Source of the DNA: an uncultured Alphaproteobacteria bacterium
GTDB lineage: Bacteria > Pseudomonadota > Alphaproteobacteria > JAGOMX01
NCBI GenBank assembly: GCA_963780985.1
Contig: CAWAEF010000017.1
Span: forward strand, 120,105-184,104
Reading direction: 5' to 3'
DNA length: 64,000 bases
A program made the translations under genes and the position numbers. Below the pieces are notes generated by a model. The model did no database searches and had not been told where the DNA came from. It worked only from the letters and a program-made list of their open reading frames with translations. Positions 10,949-20,819 of the stretch are shown in pieces (positions within the stretch are counted from its first letter, which is position 1; each line of letters begins with the position of its first letter).

Positions 10949-12997
10949 CTATTTCTTAGATGGGCCCTTGCATATCATCCTTGGATACACTTTGGTTAAC
11001 GGGGTATAGAAAATGGAAAAGTCCACTCTGCCTGGTCTTCTTGATTTAACTGCCTGGGTAAAATCATCTTCGATTTGCTCTAAGGCTCGGAGTTCTAGTT
11101 GGGACATCTGTGATAATGCGTGGTAAAAAGAGTCTGGGGTCACTGTTCCTAACTCACAGCCAAACTCGATGTATTGACCAAAAAGGCGTGCCACAATCTC
11201 GCGATTCTTGTGGGGCATATGTCCAAGCACTTGCACCATGTTCTGATCCAGAATTTGTCCGTAAATTCTGGCTGACCCCTGAAGTAGTAAGTACAGCACA
11301 TCTGCTTGCCATAGGTCAGCGCAGGATTTAAACGCAGAAACCAACTGATCTATATGCCTCCCAGAACCCTCGTAATTCCTTAATCCTGAGGCTTCGTCTT
11401 CTATAAACTGGATGGTCTTGTCGGTAACGATGTCAATTAATGGACCCTTCAAGCCAGCTAAGCAGCCCAAGAAATATGGGGGCTTAGAATACGGCTGCAT
11501 CCAAGATCGCTTCTCAGCCTGAGCAAGCCTCAAACCTGCATCAAGCAGAGCCGGAATGTCGGCAGCATCCGTTTGGTCATAGACAAATCTAAAATCCACT
11601 TTCCACAAGTTTTTAAAAGAGGGGTAAGTTTTGAATGCATCATCGGTTTTCAGAACGTTCAACTTGTCTCGGTAGGCGTCCATTGTCATAAACCCTCTCA
11701 GCATGGCCAACATAGAATATTGCTTGGCGGGGCTTAATGCTGTAGCGAGCTTTACCCATAAGTAATACTTTGAGAATCCCGAAAACTCAGGTGATTCTAG
11801 ACACTGGGCGAGTTCAGGCACCAGATTTCTGGCCATTCCACGGCGTAACAGCGCTCGGGCTGGCAGTGGATCGCTTGCCGTTAACTCAGGAATGAGAGCT
11901 GGGTCCCTCTTCCAGAGTTGGACGATGGATTTGATGACTCTCCAGCAGTCACCTGCGTTGGATCCTGGATGCATGACTAAAGCGGTCGCGACTAGCACAT
12001 CCGCCCAGATGTCTGGATTGTAAAGCTTGGCTAGCCTCTTGATTGCCCCATATATCAATCGGTGTGGAGATTCATCGACGATGTTATTTTGACTTCCACG
12101 ATTGGTCCTCTTACGCAACAAAAGTACGGTTTGGTCGAACAGACTGTCATCAGCCGCCTCTTTGGCATAAGCCAAAGCTAGCGCATTGTGCTTTTTTGTG
12201 CGAATGAGGGCATAATAGAGTTTAAGACCATCTCGCCCCGCAAATGGTTCGTACAAGCGATCCAGGAGCATTCTCGGATTCGCTCGTATCCTTGCTCCAA
12301 TGGTTGCTGCGTCTTCATTAAACACCCATTGAAGGTGATCTTCACCAATCAGCGCATACTTCATGAACTCGCTAGTCTTAAGGTGCTTTGGTGTCAGCCT
12401 GAAATAAACGTGAACAGGGAGTTCCCAATCAGCTTCTTCTATTTCTCCTATTAAACTCGTGCAACTTGTGAGGAATATAAGGTTGCCCGTGCGCACAAAG
12501 TACCTTGATAAGAACGCCTTTATGGCTGGGATAGGGTGGATGCGCCCAGTCTCAGAACCGAGGCTATTTTCAAAAAGAACACCACCCTTATAGTGCTGCA
12601 AATCTTGTGATAGCAGTTCTTTATCCAGAGAACACTGAAGTTGCATGTCCTGTTGACCTTCCGAAAATTCCGGCCAAAGATGTTGGAAGGCTAGGAACAA
12701 GACCTGACAACGGATTTGGCGAACTGTCTTTGAGAACCGAAATAGACCTGGATCTTGCTTTTTATTCCTGTTCCTTATAAGTGCATTGTCCGTAGAAGCG
12801 ATAATCAGATCATTGGGGCCAAACTGTGCATAGTCTATATCGTCAAGTTTGATGTATTTATGCAAGGTAACTGGCTGCCTAGCCACCAGCTTGTCATAAG
12901 AATCATCATCCGAAGAAACATCATTTGAGCTCGCCATGCAGGGGTGCTGCATGCTCAATGCGATAAGGGCTGCGATGAGTTTGTAGGTTTGAGCCAT
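10949..12997 (-). CDS. Secreted hypothetical protein with a degenerate HAD/DUF2608-like N-domain; paralog of 17083-19221
   Basis: Signal peptide ending CMASS; collinear motif matches with the 17083 ORF. Confidence 0.65.
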   Translation of the reverse strand: MAQTYKLIAALIALSMQHPCMASSNDVSSDDDSYDKLVARQPVTLHKYIKLDDIDYAQFGPNDLIIASTDNALIRNRNKKQDPGLFRFSKTVRQIRCQVLFLAFQHLWPEFSEGQQDMQLQCSLDKELLSQDLQHYKGGVLFENSLGSETGRIHPIPAIKAFLSRYFVRTGNLIFLTSCTSLIGEIEEADWELPVHVYFRLTPKHLKTSEFMKYALIGEDHLQWVFNEDAATIGARIRANPRMLLDRLYEPFAGRDGLKLYYALIRTKKHNALALAYAKEAADDSLFDQTVLLLRKRTNRGSQNNIVDESPHRLIYGAIKRLAKLYNPDIWADVLVATALVMHPGSNAGDCWRVIKSIVQLWKRDPALIPELTASDPLPARALLRRGMARNLVPELAQCLESPEFSGFSKYYLWVKLATALSPAKQYSMLAMLRGFMTMDAYRDKLNVLKTDDAFKTYPSFKNLWKVDFRFVYDQTDAADIPALLDAGLRLAQAEKRSWMQPYSKPPYFLGCLAGLKGPLIDIVTDKTIQFIEDEASGLRNYEGSGRHIDQLVSAFKSCADLWQADVLYLLLQGSARIYGQILDQNMVQVLGHMPHKNREIVARLFGQYIEFGCELGTVTPDSFYHALSQMSQLELRALEQIEDDFTQAVKSRRPGRVDFSIFYTPLTKVYPRMICKGPSKK

Positions 12998-13076
12998 ACG
13001 GGTTCCAGCCTTCCTTTAGATAGATTTTCTGTGGGCCATTGGTCCTATTTTAGTCATCGTGAAGCCTCCTGTTTTT

Positions 13077-15372
13077 TTATTTTTTTGCTGCCTCGGGATA
13101 CAATTCCAGTACCTTAGGCATACCCAGATCGTATAGCTTTTGGACGAATTCATTGTTCAGGTTTGTATATCTTACCGAGCTGCCCTCGCCTTTTTTGCCA
13201 AGAACCGTATTTATACGATCCATGAGAGATAGAGGTCTAGATTCTGCAAGTTCATTAATTGGACGTTCATTGACTAATTCTACTAGCCCGATAAGGCATG
13301 CAGCCAGCCCTTCTGTTTCGTTTGGAGCGTTTTTATATAGAAAGGTATTTTCCATTTTCAGATTAAATACTTGCTCCCGATTATGACAGTTGTACACTTC
13401 ATCTTCCCACATCATAGCGTTTTCAAGTTTTTCCCCAGGGAGGAGCGTGTCATTGAGATCTTTGCGATCAAAATGATCGATTATCTTTAACATGCTGCCT
13501 AGACCAAACTTGAAACTGGCCTTGTTGTTTAAGTTCTTCATATACGTCGGCACCAAAAAACAGTTTATGAGTATCTTCAATAAACGGTTTATTTCTGTCT
13601 TCTGGTCCACTGCTAAAATAGGCAACCCGCCAGCCTTTACGGATCATGGCTTCGAGAGCCGCCGGAAAATATGGCATCACTCTATGGAGCGCAATTTTGT
13701 TTTGCCTATATTTGCAGGTCCAAGTGACCGTATGGGGATGTTCCTTCATGTATGATTGGAATTCCTTGCGGGCCTCTTGAACGTTATCAATGGCTTGAGA
13801 TCCTTTTTGCATGCAGGAATCTATGTCAAAGACCACAATAGGTCGTTGCTCGGGGGGCAGCATGGATGACTTTACCACAATTTGCCTAGGATTCCATGAA
13901 GCTGGATGTATGCCCAAAGGGCACTCTTCAAGCATTTCCTCGAGTACCGAGGCGTTATTGAGTTGTGTCAAAATACTGGACAGTATTTTCCTGCCTTCAT
14001 AAGATTCCATCTCGATCCACCCAGGGAAGTCGGGATGGTTAGGGAGCCTCTGGACAAGGTTGGATTGTTTAGCGTTATCGAAATTGTGGAGATATTCAAG
14101 TAATACCCAGGCATGAGTATCGGATAGCTTTTTTCCATGGTCGCGGATGGCCGCTATAGCAGATATTGTGCTGAGTCGGTATCCGGGTTGTGATAGACTT
14201 CTAATAGAATCCATAATTACTTTCGAGCCGTCATCATCGTGCCTATCCGCAAAGCTATCACGAAGCAGCTGAAAGTCAGCTGTGGAAATGGGGTACCATC
14301 CTAGCCACCGCATAGTGTCTAAATATGCGCCAAGCCCCCATTTTTTACCATGACCTAGCTCCTTAGCCTGTAGGAATTTGGGCAGACTGGATGGACCCAG
14401 CTCTTTTAGTAATAATTCTAGATGCTCCACCTCACAGTTAGGATTGACCAAGGGGGCAATTTCTCTCCATATGTTGTCTGGCGTTTCACCTAGTCTGACT
14501 AACAGTTCAGGTACGCTTTTTACCCCTTGCCACGTTAATTGCACCTTTAGCGTTTGGAGGCGCAGCAATCCCGGTCTCAGGGGATTGAATAAAGCTGACG
14601 CTTCCGCGTTATTATTACTACATCTCTCTGTACAAAAATGATCGTTGAAGTGATCAATGAAGTTAGTTGCGAGCAGCAAATTTTGGTCATATTCGGCTAA
14701 TTGCGCCAGCATGTCGCACCTTGAGCTGAGGGCGCGGCCAGAATAATACTTAGCTGACTCCCTCGCACCAAGGGCGGTAGCTTCCTCGAGAATGATACGA
14801 TCCGATAGTTTTGGTAAGGTAGAATAAAACTTGATAAGGTCCATATTCTTAAAAGTTTCCTGCTTATTGGGTGCCAATGACAGGAGCAGGGTTAGTTTTC
14901 GCCCTAAACCGGGGCATGGATTCAAGAGTGCCTTTGCATTACTCCAGCGGTGAAGTTTCCATATAAATTCACTCTTCGGGTAGGCACTCTTGACGAAATC
15001 GAGGTGAGCTATCTCTTTTAAGAACTCAGGATTAACCTGTGACAAATAACCACTTTCGCTTTCAATTTCGCCCGCATCTACATACCGGATATAGCCAGCA
15101 TTCTTAAGTGTGTGCATATTGTCGAGGACACGAAGTTGTTCGTCGGGACTATATTTTTTGAGCTTGTCTGCCCAAGCAATGGGATCGTTAGGCCTAAATA
15201 GACTCTGTAGCTTATCCAAAACAGCCTTTGGCGCAACGTATGGCGTTTCAGAGACCGCTGATTTGGTGACAGCCGCCGGTGTTTTCAAGTCATCAGGAAG
15301 ACTCGCCCATGCGCCAGTGCCGCTCGCTAGCATGATCGCCAGGCTGGCTGTAGATAAATTATATCTCTTCAT
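13077..15372 (-). CDS. Secreted protein with a C-terminal HAD-fold (FCP1/NIF-like) phosphatase domain; frameshift near 13480
   Basis: Signal peptide (…GAWAS); IVVFDIDS, VAYFSSG, then RKDLNDTL...LENAMMWEDE in the adjacent frame. Confidence 0.65.
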
Positions 15373-15444
15373 TCTGCACTCCTATATACTCTCAACCATT
15401 TGCTCTTCTACGTCCTTTTAAACGATAGATAAACATGCCCGGTG

Positions 15445-15489
15445 AGCATACGTATTTGGTTTCTGGATGTAAATCCGTAAAAAATACCT
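15445..15489 (-). promoter_or_regulatory. Sigma70-type promoter with an upstream CCGTA-N5-TAC box
   Basis: TTTACA-N17-TATGCT with GTATTTTTTACGG next to the -35; same arrangement at 52049-52093. Confidence 0.5.
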
Positions 15490-15543
15490 AGTGCTCCAAA
15501 GCATTAATTCTAGGCTAATCGGCAGAACCAAAGACTTAAAGCC

Positions 15544-16320
15544 CTAGTAACTCACCTTCCCATACATATCCAACTCACAGATTTTTTCGAAGCTGAGTCT
15601 GGAATAAAGCCGGGTTGAGGTATCCATACACTGGGCAACCAGGTATTTGTAGCCTGCGTCTTTAGCCATTTGCATGCGTTTGACAACCATGGCGGAGTTG
15701 ATGCCTTGCTTTCTATATTCTGGCAACACCCAGGCCCAGTAGTTGCCGGCTGTGTCGCCTTCTGGTGTGTAAATCATGGAGCACCCTACGGGTTTATCTT
15801 CGATATAGGAAACCAGCAGTGTTAATGGCGCGTTTTTAAGATTCTCAAACTTCGAAAAGAACTTCGGGCCTATAGACTCATCCTGGCCGCTTGCCAAGGA
15901 TGTGACTTGACCAAAGTCTTTGTATTGTGCTTCCGTTTCAACGACTCCTATTTTCAGGTCAGGATGTTCTTCCAACTTGGGGATACCCTTGTCCAGATCA
16001 TACAGCATTCCATCAATCAAGCCGATGAAATCGGCGCCAGAATTCCTCAGCTGTTCTGATGTGCGCTTGCCCTCGTGCCATACACCGTTGCTGAAATAAA
16101 AGGGGGATTGGGACTTCTGAAAAGACTCAATGCAAGCCTTTAGATCTGCGGGGTTATCGTTAGCTACGTTACAGCCAAAATTGTACATGGGGTGCGGAAG
16201 GTTCGTATTGTACCAAAGTAAGCTGGCATCACCCTGAAGATGACAGTTGTTTAAGGATGCCATACATGTTGCCCACTGGGTCAAGTTTTGATTGATACTG
16301 TTCGCTTGGCTATTGCCCAT
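15544..16320 (-). CDS. GNAT family N-acetyltransferase
   Basis: C-terminal WVLPEYRKQGINSAM and LYSRLSFE acetyl-CoA-binding motifs. Confidence 0.85.
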   Translation of the reverse strand: MGNSQANSINQNLTQWATCMASLNNCHLQGDASLLWYNTNLPHPMYNFGCNVANDNPADLKACIESFQKSQSPFYFSNGVWHEGKRTSEQLRNSGADFIGLIDGMLYDLDKGIPKLEEHPDLKIGVVETEAQYKDFGQVTSLASGQDESIGPKFFSKFENLKNAPLTLLVSYIEDKPVGCSMIYTPEGDTAGNYWAWVLPEYRKQGINSAMVVKRMQMAKDAGYKYLVAQCMDTSTRLYSRLSFEKICELDMYGKVSY

Positions 16321-16342
16321 TATGTGATGCTCCTAAAGATTG

Positions 16343-16942
16343 TTAGATCATTCTTATATCTAAAGCAGGTAGGTCCTCCGCTTTAAACATAGCATACGCC
16401 TTCAAATGCGCCAGCTCGCCATCGGGTCTGGGCCAGCCGCCCCTTTGTGTGTATTCCAGTTGAAAGTTAAGCCTCATAGGAATTACTGTGCTGGCCACAT
16501 TTTCTTCATCGCAAACAATCTCAACTTTTTTAGCCTTCAGAATTTTGAAAGCCAACAGTGCCATTGCGTGAGCAGCTTCTGTGCCATAGCCTTTGCCGCG
16601 CTGGCTTTTTCGGATGAAATAAGAAATGCTGAATTGCGGGATGGCCCAATTGGATGCAAATGGCGGAAAACCACAGCGTCCGAGGACATCGCCTGACGCC
16701 TTATCGATAATAAGATACCGTATCCAATCTCGCAGGATAAACTCCGCATGATGCTTGCGGCAGTCTTCTTCTACGGCCTCGACCGTTGGGGCCGTTGCAG
16801 GCCAGGTTAACCATCGGATATAATCATCATAGCCATCCACAATGGCGGCATGTACTTTCTCGCCAAACCCAGCCGTGGGCATTTGTAGCTTAAGCCGAGG
16901 TGTCTCTATAACCTCGGGTACTTCTATTAATATCTGACTCAT
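16343..16942 (-). CDS. RimJ/RimL-type GNAT acetyltransferase
   Basis: IETPRLKL, ISYFIRKSQRGKGYGTEA, CDEENVAS. Confidence 0.88.
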   Translation of the reverse strand: MSQILIEVPEVIETPRLKLQMPTAGFGEKVHAAIVDGYDDYIRWLTWPATAPTVEAVEEDCRKHHAEFILRDWIRYLIIDKASGDVLGRCGFPPFASNWAIPQFSISYFIRKSQRGKGYGTEAAHAMALLAFKILKAKKVEIVCDEENVASTVIPMRLNFQLEYTQRGGWPRPDGELAHLKAYAMFKAEDLPALDIRMI

Positions 16943-17082
16943 CCGCTCCCTCTCTCTAAGCCTGTGTGCACGTAACTTACCAGCGCTTTCATAATTTTTC
17001 AATACACACAAAATACGTATTGAACGGCAAATGGATTTAATTCATGTTAGAATGGAATTTACGAGTAGCAGCGGACCATGCG

Positions 17083-19221
17083 ATGAACATAATCACGAGA
17101 TTTCTCATTATCAGCACGCTGATCATCACCGCCTATCATGATGCGGTTTGCACGTCTTCTGACCCTTTGGGATTGGCTCACATAAGCGGGCAAACTTTTT
17201 TAAATACAACAACATTCGTCAAGTTTGAGAACATTAAAGAAATCGATCCAAACCAGTTTAACGAGGATGATCTAGTTTTACTGGGCTCGGAAGACATGTT
17301 CTTCACTAACAGGTACAATGACAAAGGTTATGAATTGAGTCAGCCCGAAATGGAGGGCTTTTTTCTGGGGCTGCAGAAGGCTCGACCTATGTGTTTGTTT
17401 TTGCTCTACGATCCCAAGTTATTTGGGAATGGAATCGCTTATGATAATAGAAGGTTAGTGGCCAGCCTTCTCGCTCATGGAGTTGAACTTAATGGGCTCG
17501 GCACGAAAGACCGTAAAATATCATTGGAAGACACAACTCAATTATTGCATTTTGATGGCGTCGTTTACTCCGATCGGAAGGATCTTTCTGAGAAAGAGTC
17601 AACAAAAAGGATAGACCTGGATATTAAAGCAATACAACTCGTGGTCTCCAGATTATGTCACGCGCCTAAGAGAATTTTCTTCTTTGAAAATAACCTTAGG
17701 TTACTGCAGATATTTGATAGAGTCACATGGACTGTCCCAACGCAAGTTCTCTACAAAGCTGATCCCCTCGCATGGAATTGCAAAAACAAAAGATGCGTCA
17801 GATTTACGCTTATGAGTGAACCAAGTTTAGAGTGGCTACTTGAGCCAGATGAAATCGTAGTCGGCAGGTTAGCGGATAACCTCCGACTGTTGGAAGGTGA
17901 GATTCACAAACCTTATGCGGATAAAGAGGGACTAACCTTATTTGGTGCGCTTGAAACTCTTGGTAAAGAGAATTTAATAGAATCAGCATGTTATGATCCT
18001 GCGTACGCAGGACATCCTTTCCATAAAACCCTACATCTTATATGGGTAAAAATCAGATATCGCCCCCCCGCTTCTGCTTGTAGTCTCTTGGTCAAGAAAT
18101 TATTTCCCGTATATATCGCCACAGTCGACGCCACATTTCGGTCCCCCGTCGAAGAGACCTCACTTTGGCCGATCGTTCTGAATGCGGCTGATCAAATTAT
18201 CCAAGAGCGGACGAATATACATGAATGCGCAACAATAATTAAGGCTCTCGCTCTTGTTGGTATTCGGAACCGAGCCTTCCTGACAGCAATAAGTGAACTA
18301 CCGCCGGCGGGTGCACGCAAGGCTCTGATGGATGAGATGACCAAAACTCTTCCTGCCGATCTTGCCGAGAATTGCAAGAGGATCGTTCTCAGCGATCAGA
18401 GCCACGGACGTGATTTTTTGTTCTCCTTTACGAAGGTAATTTGCAAACTACCCCCAGTGAAACATGCAGTTGCCGTTGCTGCACTCTTGGAAATGGATAA
18501 GCATAACAAACTTGTCCCTTCCTGGATTTTCAAGAGTTTGGTCACTTCCACTGAAGCTGGGGATATACCCGCATTATTTGAAGCCGCTGAACAGCTTGCG
18601 GAGGCATATAGAAGGGTTAACCATTGCATGGATGACGGGTTAAAATATAAGTACCTGGAGAAGCTTTTTGGAATGAACCGAGCAGCTTTGTTCTCTACAG
18701 CATCTGGTATTGTGAAAATAATTGAAAGCAATCAGTTCAACTCTGGAGGTTTCTGTGAGTATATATATGAATGCATTAGCGCCTTTAAAGGCTGCGCCGA
18801 TGATGATCAAAGACAGGTACTCACAAGCTTGATCCTGAATGTTTTTAACGGGTATACAGACAAAAATGATAATAATCTTTTATTAAGCAATATCCTAACA
18901 ATTCCAAGTCAAAGAAGACCTGCATTAGACTCACTATGGTCGGTCGCTGTTGAGTTGGTAGAAAAGCCTTTCTGGCCAGTATCTATAAAGACCTTTGTGT
19001 GCATGCTCTCGGATTTATTAGGATGTAAGCCTGATGAGATTAAAGCCATAGAAGATCAACTAAAGCGAGATGCTGAGGGAAAAAAGCTGAGGTTTAGCGA
19101 ATTCGCGGAGATCATTAAGTCATACAGACTGCAACAGTATGTCAGAGCTGAGACTCCTGATGAAACGGATTTGAGTTTTATCGGGGCGATAGAACCGGTA
19201 TCATCTAGAGAATTCCTGTAA
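17083..19221 (+). CDS. Secreted hypothetical protein with a degenerate HAD/DUF2608-like N-domain; paralog of 10949-12997
   Basis: Signal-like N-terminus; EDDLVLLGSED, FDGVVYS, PKRIFFFEN. Confidence 0.65.
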   Translation: MNIITRFLIISTLIITAYHDAVCTSSDPLGLAHISGQTFLNTTTFVKFENIKEIDPNQFNEDDLVLLGSEDMFFTNRYNDKGYELSQPEMEGFFLGLQKARPMCLFLLYDPKLFGNGIAYDNRRLVASLLAHGVELNGLGTKDRKISLEDTTQLLHFDGVVYSDRKDLSEKESTKRIDLDIKAIQLVVSRLCHAPKRIFFFENNLRLLQIFDRVTWTVPTQVLYKADPLAWNCKNKRCVRFTLMSEPSLEWLLEPDEIVVGRLADNLRLLEGEIHKPYADKEGLTLFGALETLGKENLIESACYDPAYAGHPFHKTLHLIWVKIRYRPPASACSLLVKKLFPVYIATVDATFRSPVEETSLWPIVLNAADQIIQERTNIHECATIIKALALVGIRNRAFLTAISELPPAGARKALMDEMTKTLPADLAENCKRIVLSDQSHGRDFLFSFTKVICKLPPVKHAVAVAALLEMDKHNKLVPSWIFKSLVTSTEAGDIPALFEAAEQLAEAYRRVNHCMDDGLKYKYLEKLFGMNRAALFSTASGIVKIIESNQFNSGGFCEYIYECISAFKGCADDDQRQVLTSLILNVFNGYTDKNDNNLLLSNILTIPSQRRPALDSLWSVAVELVEKPFWPVSIKTFVCMLSDLLGCKPDEIKAIEDQLKRDAEGKKLRFSEFAEIIKSYRLQQYVRAETPDETDLSFIGAIEPVSSREFL

Positions 19222-19276
19222 TACACTGTAGACAAATTTTTAAATCAGAGAACATCAACAAATATAGGTAACAGCC

Positions 19277-19771
19277 ATGCAAAAAAATACGAATATAAAG
19301 CTTCCAGAAATCAAACTGGTTGGACTGACGGTCAGAACCACGAACAAAGCCGAGAGCGATTTTGCAGCGGGGAGAATGTTCCCGTGTATCCAAAGGTATT
19401 TTCATGAAAACATCGCCAGCCTTATCCCCAATCGGAAAAAACCTGGGACGACTTTTTGTGTCTACACGGATTATGAAAGTGATCACACGGGTGAATATAC
19501 CTATTTGATCGGCGAGGAAGTTGATTCGTTTGGTGAACTCCCCCACGATTTAAAACCTCACGTGATTGCACCCCAAACCTATACGAAATTTGTAAACGGG
19601 CCGGGTCGTATGCCGGATGTCGTCAGGGAGCCCTGGTATAAAATCTGGCAAATGACGCCAGATGAGCTAGGCGGTACTAGGCGATATTTGGCTGATTTTG
19701 AAATTTATGATGAACGTGCTCAGGATCATGAGAAGCTGGTTTTGGACATCTATATCGGGGTTAAGGATTGA
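19277..19771 (+). CDS. GyrI-like (AraC effector-binding) domain protein
   Basis: LVGLTVRTTN, CVYTDYESDHTGEYTYLIG, RRYLADFEIYD, DIYIGV. Confidence 0.88.
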   Translation: MQKNTNIKLPEIKLVGLTVRTTNKAESDFAAGRMFPCIQRYFHENIASLIPNRKKPGTTFCVYTDYESDHTGEYTYLIGEEVDSFGELPHDLKPHVIAPQTYTKFVNGPGRMPDVVREPWYKIWQMTPDELGGTRRYLADFEIYDERAQDHEKLVLDIYIGVKD

Positions 19772-19844
19772 GTTCTGTACTCGTGTTCATATAAATAATG
19801 GCAGTTCTTAACTACTGCCCAAAAGTTACAGGGCTATCAAAAGC

Positions 19845-19970
19845 CCCCAGCCCGTCCTTGCGAGGAGCGAAGCTCCGCGGCAATCCAGTACGGTAGCCTT
19901 GACTAGTATGCGCTGGGGGAGCGCAACTGGATTGCCACGGAGCTTCGCTCCTCGCAATGACGGGCTGGGG
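19845..19970. repeat. CGTC-type palindromic (REP-like) element with ~45-bp arms
   Basis: ccccagcccgtccttgcgaggagcgaagctccgcggcaatccagt ... actggattgccacggagcttcgctcctcgcaatgacgggctgggg, between convergent genes. Confidence 0.9.
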
Positions 19971-19978
19971 CGTATAAC

Positions 19979-20653
19979 TCATTCCTTCTGCTGAGTTTGT
20001 TCTGCTGATTTCCTCAGAACTCCCTCAGCTAGTAAAGCATTAGTTCTTGCGGCTTTTTCAGGATCGACCTTTTTTAAGCTCAATATTTTGGCCGTTGTCG
20101 CCTGAAATCTTTTCTTTCTTTCTTCATGAGGTGTAGGAGGCTTGGCTTCCATGGTTTGAGAAGCCACTTCTGTAGTTTGTGACTCAGCTTCCTTAGATCT
20201 TCTCACTTCTTCCAACAATCTTTTAGTCGGCATCTCTGGTGCACCTGCAGAGGCTCTCGACCGTAAGGGTACTGGCGGAGGCGCTATGCGGAGATATTGT
20301 GCAACTTTGATCTGGGCACTGTCTTTCATCGTGTTACAGCTGCTATCAGAAAGCGCTGGATTCATGCATTTTGCCTTGTTTGCGATCATAAAGTCTAAAG
20401 CAGCGATTGCCGTTTGGTATTTATCTTGCAGATCCGCTGTCGTATTTACTTTTCCCGCCCGGTTTTGCATAAACTTTTCTTTGAAAAGCTCAACGGTTTC
20501 AAACTGCAATAAAGTTTGTTGGCTAACGTTGCTTATACTATCTAAGCTATCAAGTTCTTTCGTCTTGCGATCGATTTCTGCTTGGCTGCTGGCATTGGCT
20601 TGTCCGGCTAGAAGCAATGCAGCTAATGTGATCGCGAAGTAGAATTTCATCAT
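19979..20653 (-). CDS. Hypothetical secreted protein
   Basis: Signal peptide MMKFYFAITLAALLLAGQANASS; helical/low-complexity body with a PPPVP motif. Confidence 0.65.
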   Translation of the reverse strand: MMKFYFAITLAALLLAGQANASSQAEIDRKTKELDSLDSISNVSQQTLLQFETVELFKEKFMQNRAGKVNTTADLQDKYQTAIAALDFMIANKAKCMNPALSDSSCNTMKDSAQIKVAQYLRIAPPPVPLRSRASAGAPEMPTKRLLEEVRRSKEAESQTTEVASQTMEAKPPTPHEERKKRFQATTAKILSLKKVDPEKAARTNALLAEGVLRKSAEQTQQKE

Positions 20654-20819
20654 TTCTATATTCCTGAACTTCAATAAGGTGCATCAAAAGACTTGGATCT
20701 TGACCTTATCATCAGAATATCCTGTAACCGTTAAATTACGGTAAACAAGGTGTCAGCAATAGCTTAAGACATAAAGAAGCGACGGTTAATTATTCAAGCG
20801 CGCGTCATAAACGAGGCGT

